A stretch of 64,000 bases of DNA from a virus (IMGVR_UViG_3300042864_000640:1394-65393); one strand, 5' to 3'. Counted from the stretch's first letter, positions 51,735 through 59,085 are shown. Translations and numbers: made by a program. Notes: a model not told the origin generated them from the letters alone.

Positions 51735-52089
51735 CAAATCTACACTACTAGAATTTTGTGAAAGTAGTATTCAGACGGTATCCTTAACAGGGCTTGGATG
51801 AGGTTCACAAAAAATATTTACAAATAAATTAGGAAATGTGAAAATGTTTTCGTATATTTGTAACAACAAAATGGGATGGTGGTTGAAGCCAACAACTAAT
51901 AAAACCGATTGTGTGACGCCCAGTCATATTTACTTATGACACGCTAAAAAGCCGGACACCACTAAAACATTTTGAAAAAAAATTTGGAAGTTTGAAAAAC
52001 TTTTCGTATCTTTACAATAAGTTTGAAACTTATAGGTGATGAAAGATACTCGGTATTCAAACGAAGAAGTTCTTTAAATTATTGAAAAG

Positions 52090-52958
52090 ATTATACATAG
52101 TAGATTCGTTCTACATAGTATAACAACGGCCGCCTATGGTCGTGAAATAAACTACGAAAGTAGGATAAAGTGATTGTATTGGTTAATACGATTGCGGCTA
52201 CTCCCCCGTAAGGGAGATAAGCTTGAGTAGGCAAATGGGATATCATTGTGGCTTTGTATGTGAGGGTAACACTTTAGCAGAAGAGTTGGAATGACTGGGC
52301 AACCATAGATTGTTCAGTTGAGGTAGGAATACCAATAAGAATAACCCATAGGATTATTGTAAGAAGTAAGGACTTAATCTCTCCTTATCATTGCGTGATT
52401 CAATACCAAAGTGGTCTTAAAATCAAGCTATACGAAAGGTAGTAAGATAAGACTGTGTACGCGTGGTGGCGTTACTATCCTTCAATGTAGGACACCAATC
52501 CTTATTGATGAAGATGACTTGAAGTATGGTGTTAGGGATAACACATCGGGTAGTTAAGTATTCTGTTGTTCAAAAGATAACGGAGCTTGTGGCAAACCAC
52601 TACCTGAATCCATCTATAAACCAAAACTCATTTTTGATAGGACATCAAAATCTTAAATTAAAAATAAGCATGAGTGTTTGCCAGTTTCAGACGAAAGGTG
52701 TGTACATAGTAGGGAGTTGTTCCCTGCCACGATACCTTCGCAAGAGGTCTGTGATTCTACTGAAAGGTTTCTAATTCCGCAAGAACTAATCAGGCTGCGA
52801 GGCTTGAAGAAAATGATTAAGTAGAGAGTAGTTTGAAACTCTATGAGTGGTTGGCATTACTAACCCACATTGAATTGGTACATCTCAAAAGGATGTGGAA
52901 ACGGAAGGAAACAAATAATCTTTCTAAAGCTGGTTCGCCGAAAGGAGTATTCTCATCC
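52090..52958 (+). ncRNA. Large structured ncRNA, probably GOLLD
   Basis: ~870 nt, GC-enriched, no credible ORF, many GNRA-capped hairpins, located among tRNAs. The 3' half has TTGCCAG..CAGACGAAAGGTGTG and AGTAGTTTG...GAGTGGTTGGCATTACTAACC, resembling GOLLD conserved blocks as I recall them. Ends are approximate. Confidence 0.7.
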
Positions 52959-52971
52959 TTTTTTTTTATAA

Positions 52972-53040
52972 GCGGTGTTAGTGTAACAGTAGCACACCTA
53001 TCGTCCAGATAGGAGGAGGGGGGCAGCACCTTTCACCGCT
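52972..53040 (+). tRNA. Non-canonical tRNA-Gly(TCC)-like RNA
   Basis: GCGGTG/CACCGC acceptor + U73; D-loop without GG; G33; T-loop GGCAGCA. Confidence 0.75.
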
Positions 53041-53140
53041 CTAAGTAATTTAATGAGGCTAGTATTAACCGGAGCATGACTTGACGTGGCGTATTTTGAA
53101 ATTAAATTACTATATTTTAAATATTAGATATATATTAACA

Positions 53141-53233
53141 ATGAAAACATCTTTAACACATACGATTTATAGCCAACCGAATCTAATTTGGGAAGGCAGA
53201 CGTGCGTTGTTAGAGGATACGGATGTAGGATAA
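53141..53233 (+). CDS. Putative attenuator leader peptide (30 aa)
   Basis: MKTSLTHTIYSQPNLIWEGRRALLEDTDVG*; A-rich start; overlaps the antiterminator strand. Confidence 0.75.
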   Translation: MKTSLTHTIYSQPNLIWEGRRALLEDTDVG

Positions 53234-53296
53234 AATGTAAATAACATTTAGATTATATAAACCCTCTAACAACAAAGTTAGGGGGTTTTTTGTTTT
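53206..53296 (+). terminator. Terminator/antiterminator switch upstream of the tRNA block
   Basis: Terminator AAACCCTCTAAC(53259-70)/GTTAGGGGGTTT(53277-88) + T tract; competing 11-bp helix GTTGTTAGAGG(53206-16)/CCTCTAACAAC(53263-73). Confidence 0.85.
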
Positions 53297-53368
53297 GGGG
53301 AATTAGCTCAGCGGTAGAGCAATAGACTGTTAATCTATTGGTCGATGGTTCGAATCCATCATTCCCCT
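53297..53368 (+). tRNA. tRNA-Asn(GTT)
   Basis: Cloverleaf; atypical U73. Confidence 0.9.
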
Positions 53369-53385
53369 CATAGGTTCTTTGAAAT

Positions 53386-53457
53386 GCGAATATCGTATAA
53401 TGGTCATTACTCCTTCCTTCCAAGTAGGAGATGTAGGTTCGATTCCTACTATTCGCT
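53386..53457 (+). tRNA. tRNA-Gly(TCC), canonical
   Basis: Cloverleaf, T-loop TTCGATT. Confidence 0.92.
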
Positions 53458-53463
53458 CAAATT

Positions 53464-53545
53464 GGGAGTATCGTATAGCGGCAATTACAACTGACTGTAA
53501 ATCAGTTCTCATTCGAGTTCGGAGGTTCGAGTCCTTCTACTCTCA
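53464..53545 (+). tRNA. tRNA-Tyr(GTA)
   Basis: Cloverleaf with long variable arm. Confidence 0.92.
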
Positions 53546-53625
53546 CAACTCAAGTACCCATACCGCCAACGATGGGCTAAGTAAGATACAATTCCGATTG
53601 CGGGGAGTAGAATGCTTGAGAATTT

Positions 53626-53696
53626 TGCCCGATGGTGTATCGGTAGCACAACTCCCTTTGACGGAGTTAGGGTTGGTTCGAATCCAGCTCGGGTAA
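53626..53696 (+). tRNA. tRNA-Gln(TTG)
   Basis: Cloverleaf, U1-A72. Confidence 0.92.
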
Positions 53697-53702
53697 CAAT
53701 AT

Positions 53703-53777
53703 AGGGTAATGGGCCAATGGCTAGGCCGCTTGCTTTGGGAGCAAGACATCGTGAAGGTTCGAGTCCTTCTTACCCTA
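53703..53777 (+). tRNA. tRNA-Pro(TGG)
   Basis: Cloverleaf. Confidence 0.9.
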
Positions 53778-53783
53778 CAATAT

Positions 53784-53857
53784 TGGTAATTAGCTCATTT
53801 GGTTAGAGCATCTCGCTGATACCGAGAAGGTGGCAGGTTCGAATCCCGCATTACCAA
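53784..53857 (+). tRNA. tRNA-Ile(GAT)
   Basis: Cloverleaf. Confidence 0.93.
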
Positions 53858-53862
53858 CAAAC

Positions 53863-53933
53863 ATCTCTTTGGTGCAATGGTAGCATATCGGTCTCCAAAA
53901 CCGCAGATGGAAGTTCGAATCTTTCAGGGGGTG
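53863..53933 (+). tRNA. tRNA-Trp(CCA)
   Basis: Cloverleaf; three G-U pairs in the acceptor stem. Confidence 0.85.
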
Positions 53934-53938
53934 CAAAT

Positions 53939-54011
53939 AGTTCTATGGTGTAATTGGATAGCACCTTTCACTACGGATGAAAAAGTTAGGGTTCGAGTCC
54001 TTATGGAACTA
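53939..54011 (+). tRNA. tRNA-Arg(ACG)
   Basis: Cloverleaf. Confidence 0.92.
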
Positions 54012-54073
54012 CAATGTTCACAAATTTAGAGTGTTCACTATCGGTGAACAAACAAAAAAAGTGAACAACAAAT

Positions 54074-54147
54074 GGTGTTTATAGTGTTAATGGTTAGCAC
54101 GTCAGTTTGTGGTACTGATAGTATGGGTTCGAATCCCATTAATCACC
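54074..54147 (+). tRNA. tRNA-His(GTG)
   Basis: Cloverleaf with G-1:C73. Confidence 0.92.
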
Positions 54148-54153
54148 CCCAAT

Positions 54154-54239
54154 AGAGAGTTACCCAAGTTGGTGAAGGGGCCTGTTTGCTAAACAGGTAG
54201 GATGTTAAAGTCGCGAGGGTTCGAGCCCCTCACTCTCTA
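54154..54239 (+). tRNA. tRNA-Ser(GCT)
   Basis: Type II cloverleaf. Confidence 0.9.
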
Positions 54240-54240
54240 C

Positions 54241-54381
54241 ATGAAAACAAATAAATTGGAATCTAATAGTCGAATAAATCGATTGATTAGAATCAGAAAA
54301 ATTATAAAAGAAAATGGAGCTTGTTTAATATGTGTTAGACGTTGGAGTGGAAGCGTTAAAAGATATAGAACAAGTTGCTAA
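54241..54381 (+). CDS. Small basic CxxC protein (46 aa) inside the tRNA array
   Basis: MKTNKLESNSRINRLIRIRKIIKENGACLICVRRWSGSVKRYRTSC*; fills the gap between two tRNAs. Confidence 0.45.
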   Translation: MKTNKLESNSRINRLIRIRKIIKENGACLICVRRWSGSVKRYRTSC

Positions 54382-54384
54382 AAT

Positions 54385-54458
54385 ACCCGTATGGCGGAAT
54401 TGGCATACGCACTGGCTTTAGACCCCAGGTTTTGAAGGTTCGAATCCTTCTATGGGTA
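54385..54458 (+). tRNA. tRNA-Leu(TAG), short variable arm
   Basis: Leu-type D arm; variable loop only ~5 nt. Confidence 0.85.
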
Positions 54459-54537
54459 CTGAAAAAAATATATAGAAATAGTTGTTATTATAAAAAACTT
54501 TCTGTATATTTGTATAAGTTCTTTGGAAGATAGAAAT

Positions 54538-54609
54538 GCTCGGTTGGACTAGGGGTTAGGTCACATCCCTTTCACGGATGTAGCACGGGTTCGAATCCCG
54601 TACCGAGTA
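54538..54609 (+). tRNA. tRNA-Glu(TTC)
   Basis: Cloverleaf; first gene after a new promoter. Confidence 0.93.
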
Positions 54610-54683
54610 CAAAAAGTTCCGAGCTTTGCAAGGCTGAAGTAATGATGTACACATTACACGATAGGAAGGGAAACCTATCAATT

Positions 54684-54756
54684 GCCTCCTTAGCTCAGCA
54701 GGTAGAGCAACTGATTTGTAATCAGTAGGTCGTTGGTTCGATTCCGACAGGAGGCT
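54684..54756 (+). tRNA. tRNA-Thr(TGT)
   Basis: Cloverleaf. Confidence 0.95.
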
Positions 54757-54760
54757 CAAT

Positions 54761-54834
54761 GGATTGTTGGTGAAGTTGGTTATCATGCTACCCTGTCACG
54801 GTAGAGTTCACGGGTTCGAGTCCCGTACAGTCCG
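54761..54834 (+). tRNA. tRNA-Asp(GTC)
   Basis: Cloverleaf, G73. Confidence 0.93.
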
Positions 54835-54838
54835 CAAT

Positions 54839-54912
<74 letters not shown>

Positions 54913-54934
54913 CGTTAAACTATAAAACAATATT

Positions 54935-55381
54935 ATGAAAAGAAATTGGATTTTTATAGCTATATTATGTTTTTTTCCGTATAATCTAATAACATCAGCT
55001 TCAGATACAAAGAAGTTTGTTATACATACGGAAAAGAAAGTAAAAGTTAAAATTGCTGATGAGTTTGAAAAGATAGTAACCTTAACAACTTATTCTACTT
55101 CAGCAGAAGAAACGGATGATTCGCCAAACATTACCGCAAGTGGTTTTGAAATTGATGAAGATAATCCAAAAAAGCATAGAATTATAGCTGTTAGTAGAGA
55201 TTTGAAACGAAGGCTCAGATTTGGTGAAAAAGTAGTATTGAGTAATGCCGGAAGGTTTAATGGAGTTTGGTACGTTAGAGATTTAATGAATAGTAGATTT
55301 AAAAACAAAATCGATGTATTGATTAATCAGAATGAAAAACATACAAAATTGCATAAAGTAATTATAAAAAAGCTTGATTAA
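54935..55381 (+). CDS. 3D-domain (MltA-like) cell-wall enzyme
   Basis: Signal/TM; T.YS....TD..P.ITASG, IAVSRD, V.D.M, IDV. Confidence 0.8.
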   Translation: MKRNWIFIAILCFFPYNLITSASDTKKFVIHTEKKVKVKIADEFEKIVTLTTYSTSAEETDDSPNITASGFEIDEDNPKKHRIIAVSRDLKRRLRFGEKVVLSNAGRFNGVWYVRDLMNSRFKNKIDVLINQNEKHTKLHKVIIKKLD

Positions 55382-55421
55382 TTCAAAACTTTTTTGTATA
55401 TTTGATTTAGTTATTTGAAAT

Positions 55422-55506
55422 GCCGGAGTGGTGGAATGGTAGACACGAAAGACTTAAAATCTTTTGAGCAGAAACGCTCGTGTGGGTTCGACTCCCACCT
55501 CTGGTA
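55422..55506 (+). tRNA. tRNA-Leu(TAA)
   Basis: Type II cloverleaf. Confidence 0.95.
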
Positions 55507-55608
55507 CATTGTAATGATTCGGAAACGAATGACGGAACAGACGCTAAGAATGAAATGGAAACTAGGGCTTGCCCGGACACAAACCGTACAGACATTACAA
55601 CCTTATAT

Positions 55609-55724
55609 GCCGGAGTGGCGGAATAAACAATGTAGATTGACGAATCACATTGAGACGTGCCTGATTCGAAGTGGTGCAGTGACCGAAAAGGACTGCGTGA
55701 AGTTAATCAATACTTCCTCCGGCA
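55609..55724 (+). ncRNA. Expanded tRNA-Leu-derived RNA
   Basis: GCCGGAG/CTCCGGC-A acceptor; hairpin inserted in the D-loop; weak anticodon arm; T-loop TAATCAAT. Confidence 0.65.
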
Positions 55725-55779
55725 CCTTATTATCGTTGAAAGAAACGATATTAGATTTTATCGTTAGATTAAACGATAT

Positions 55780-55853
55780 GGACTTGTAGCTCAGTTGGTT
55801 AGAGCGCCTGACTCATAATCAGTAGGTCCCTGGTTCGAGCCCAGGCTGGTCCA
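55780..55853 (+). tRNA. tRNA(CAT), Ile2- or elongator Met-type
   Basis: Cloverleaf, paired 1-72. Confidence 0.88.
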
Positions 55854-55865
55854 CTTAAATGTAAA

Positions 55866-56396
55866 ATGATGAGAAGAAAAATAATATTCATAGATGTAGA
55901 TGGTCCTTTGGCTTGGGCAACATGGGATGATGGTTGGGTAACTATTAATGAAGATTCTACCAAAGAATTTGGAATACCATATGCTTGGGTTAAAGAAGAT
56001 TGTGAGGCACTACAAAAGATATGCAATGAAACAAACGCTGAGTTAGTAGTTAGTTCAGATTGGAAGATGCACTTTTCATTTTTACAACTGAAACAAATAT
56101 TTCTACACTATGGTATTACTGCCAGAGTATTGGATATAACCACACATCAAAATTTGTGGAATAAGATGAGTAGAACATCTTTAGAACATGAGAGAGCATT
56201 GCAAATTGCTAAATGGGCTAAAGATAATAAAATATCTAATTGGATAGCAATTGATGATTTAAAATTATCAGACCCGTTCAAATGGATGAAGCCTCGTATT
56301 CCAATGTGGAGACATGTATCGGTAGATGGCGACCACGGATATGGCGGGAGATTGCGAGATAAGGTCGATGAGTGTATTGAAAAATTAAATAGATGA
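55866..56396 (+). CDS. HAD domain protein (Swiss-Army-knife RNA-repair type)
   Basis: FIDVDGPL, VVSSDW, WIAIDD. Confidence 0.8.
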   Translation: MMRRKIIFIDVDGPLAWATWDDGWVTINEDSTKEFGIPYAWVKEDCEALQKICNETNAELVVSSDWKMHFSFLQLKQIFLHYGITARVLDITTHQNLWNKMSRTSLEHERALQIAKWAKDNKISNWIAIDDLKLSDPFKWMKPRIPMWRHVSVDGDHGYGGRLRDKVDECIEKLNR

Positions 56397-57046
56397 AACT
56401 AAATTTAAATAAAGGACAGAGGTTATGGTTTACAAGTGATACCCACTATAACCATGCCAATATATGTTCATCTACAACTCAATGGTTAGACCCCGTAACA
56501 ATAAGAGAGTTTAAATCATTAGAGCATATGAACGCCCACCTTGTTGGTAACATCAACGAATTGGTCGGACAAGATGATATTCTATTTCATTTAGGTGATT
56601 GGAGTTTTGGTGGGTTTGAACAAATACAAAAGTTCAGAGACCAAATCGTATGTAAGAATGTTCATCTAATATTAGGTAATCACGACCATCACATTGCTAA
56701 TAACAAAGATGGTATTCAATCCTTATTCAGTTCAATAAACAAATATTTGGATTTGATTGTGAAGTATAATGTGGGTACTCCATTGCAGGGTGAAGCTCGT
56801 TTTGCTTTAATGCACTTTCCAATAGCAAGTTGGGATAATATGGCTAGAGGAGCAATCCATTTACATGGACACGTTCACTTTAATCCATCAATGAGATTAC
56901 AACAAGGTAAGATGATGGATGTGGGATGTGAAGGAAATAACTTATACCCAATTGATATGAGTGAAATATTATCCATTATGAGAGATAGACCTGTAAAAAG
57001 TTTGTTTAGTAAAGACCATCACGAAATAGTTGAAAATTATAGATAA
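56393..57046 (+). CDS. Calcineurin-like phosphoesterase
   Basis: SDTHYNH, LGDW, LGNHD, HFP, HLHGHVH, DVG. Confidence 0.9.
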   Translation: MKLNLNKGQRLWFTSDTHYNHANICSSTTQWLDPVTIREFKSLEHMNAHLVGNINELVGQDDILFHLGDWSFGGFEQIQKFRDQIVCKNVHLILGNHDHHIANNKDGIQSLFSSINKYLDLIVKYNVGTPLQGEARFALMHFPIASWDNMARGAIHLHGHVHFNPSMRLQQGKMMDVGCEGNNLYPIDMSEILSIMRDRPVKSLFSKDHHEIVENYR

Positions 57047-57459
57047 TGAATAAGATATTAACATTAGTAAGAGGATTGCCAGGAAGTGGTAAATCAACAT
57101 TCGCCAATTTTATTTGGAATGATTACGCAATATGTGAAGCTGATAAGTTTTTCTACGATAAAGAAGGAAACTACAACTATGATGGAACAAAGATAACGCA
57201 GGCACATAAATGGTGTAGAGAGCAAGTGGAAACTCGTATGAAAGATAACGAAGCTAATCCACAATTCTATCCTGAAATTGTAGTATCAAATACATTCACA
57301 AAGGAATGGGAGATGGCTGAATACTTTGATTTAGCTAAAAAATATGGCTATACTGTATTCACTATTATAGTAGAGAATAGACATGGTGGAGTAAATCAGC
57401 ACGGAGTTCCTGCTGAAAAAATAGAACAAATGAAAAATAGATTTGAAGTAAAATTATAG
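57046..57459 (+). CDS. P-loop polynucleotide kinase-like (AAA_33)
   Basis: RGLPGSGKST, EAD.FF, VSNTF, HGVP. Confidence 0.85.
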   Translation: MNKILTLVRGLPGSGKSTFANFIWNDYAICEADKFFYDKEGNYNYDGTKITQAHKWCREQVETRMKDNEANPQFYPEIVVSNTFTKEWEMAEYFDLAKKYGYTVFTIIVENRHGGVNQHGVPAEKIEQMKNRFEVKL

Positions 57460-57462
57460 AAT

Positions 57463-58599
57463 ATGGAAAATAATAATTCAGTTTGCTATATGGCAACAAT
57501 CAATGAAATCAAACCAATTGAAGGAGCTGATAACATTGAATTAGCAGTAGTTGGTGGTTGGAATTGTATTGCCCAAAAGGGTGTACAAAAAGTAGGCGAT
57601 GTAGTTATCATTGCTACAACTGATGCCGTTATACCGGAAGCCTTATCCGATGAAATAGGAGTAACTAGCTATCTTCGTAAAGGTGGTAGAGTTAGGACTG
57701 TAAAGTTAAGAGGTACATATTCAGAATGTTTAATCATTCCAGATAAATACTTACATGGTAGAGCTACTATCGGAGATTGGGATTTGAAAGATGGTTCTGA
57801 TTGTATGCACATCTTTAATATCTTTAAATATGAGCCACCTGTTAAGATGGTTCAGCTATCGAATGGTAAGAAGATTCGTTATCAAACAAATCCAAACTTC
57901 CACGTTTACTATAAGTTTCCTAACTTAAAGAATGTGCCGGATATGTTTACCGAAGAAGATGAAGTAGAAATTACTCGTAAAATTCACGGAACAAATGCAA
58001 GATATGGTATTATCAAAAAGATTAGATTATCATTTTGGGATAATGTTAAGGACTTCTTTGGATTTGGTGATAAATGGAATTGGTACGAATTCGTAGTTGG
58101 TTCACATAATGTAGAGAAGGGCTCTGATTCTAATGGATTCTATGATACAAATGTTTGGTATGATATTGAAAAGAAATATGATATCAAAAATAAATTGTGG
58201 GAGTATGTTAAATCCGGTGCAGATATCGGCGATGGTATTACCTTATATGGTGAGATTTACGGCGCCGGAATTCAAAAGGGATATGATTATGGGTTGAAGG
58301 ATATTGAGTTCGTAGGATTCGATGTAAAGGAGAATGGTGAGTATTTAAGTCCTAATGTAGCTAACTTACAAATTTCTGAAGTATTGGGATTACCATATGT
58401 TGATGTTTTACATTTTGGTAATTGGTCACAAGAAGTACAAGATAAATATGTATTCAATAATTTCATTCCAAATACAAAAGTGCCAGAGGAAGGAATTGTA
58501 ATCAAACATTATACAGGTGTTAGGGAGAAGGTAGCAAAAGTTATCAATCCCGATTATTTAATCTTCGCTGAAAAACATAACGTTGGCGATTCGCATTAA
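57463..58599 (+). CDS. RNA ligase, DRB0094/Rnl5-like
   Basis: N-terminal OB (PIEGADNIE, LRG..SE); KIHGTN, YGE, FD, EGIV, KVINP.Y. Confidence 0.9.
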   Translation: MENNNSVCYMATINEIKPIEGADNIELAVVGGWNCIAQKGVQKVGDVVIIATTDAVIPEALSDEIGVTSYLRKGGRVRTVKLRGTYSECLIIPDKYLHGRATIGDWDLKDGSDCMHIFNIFKYEPPVKMVQLSNGKKIRYQTNPNFHVYYKFPNLKNVPDMFTEEDEVEITRKIHGTNARYGIIKKIRLSFWDNVKDFFGFGDKWNWYEFVVGSHNVEKGSDSNGFYDTNVWYDIEKKYDIKNKLWEYVKSGADIGDGITLYGEIYGAGIQKGYDYGLKDIEFVGFDVKENGEYLSPNVANLQISEVLGLPYVDVLHFGNWSQEVQDKYVFNNFIPNTKVPEEGIVIKHYTGVREKVAKVINPDYLIFAEKHNVGDSH

Positions 58600-58656
58600 A
58601 ATAAATTTGGAAAATTGAAAAAGTAATCGTATATTTAAAAACTAAATGATAAAACT

Positions 58657-59085
58657 ATGAACGTAAAGCAGGCATTAAAAGTAAAGAACAAATTGGTTAC
58701 TGATTTAAAGACTCAGTATCAAATCCTTCAAAAGTATAACTCAATTGAGGAAGGCAATACTCGTAGATATTCTATGACGAATGCTTTAGCTAAAATCAAA
58801 ACTCTACAAACGGAGTTAGTGGGATTGAAAACACAAATCCATAGAGCAAACGCTCCGGTGTATGATAAAATCTTCGCATTGGCAGAATTGAAAGGAATGA
58901 TTAAGGAATTGAAAAAAATTCCAACCGATGAAGGAAAGCAAACCGAAAGGTATGGCAGTGTTCAATCCATTAAAGAAGTAGAATTAAATGTAACCGATAT
59001 CGATAATAGTATTTCAATATTGGAAACGCAAATTGAAGAACTTCAAAATGAATTGGATGTTCATAATGCAACAACCAATATCTAA
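58657..59085 (+). CDS. DIP1984-like coiled-coil protein
   Basis: MNVKQAL...I.RAN...LD.HNATT pattern; has its own promoter. Confidence 0.55.
   Translation: MNVKQALKVKNKLVTDLKTQYQILQKYNSIEEGNTRRYSMTNALAKIKTLQTELVGLKTQIHRANAPVYDKIFALAELKGMIKELKKIPTDEGKQTERYGSVQSIKEVELNVTDIDNSISILETQIEELQNELDVHNATTNI

Noticed and set aside
52090-52958. rRNA fragment, RNase P RNA or group I/II intron
   Set aside because: I could not find their universal motifs, there is no interrupted host gene, and length and context fit GOLLD better.
51735-54680. Theta/HDV or hammerhead ribozymes in tRNA spacers
   Set aside because: No complete P3/L3 plus catalytic C, and no intact CUGANGA...GAAA core. The elements are kept only as unknown structured RNAs.
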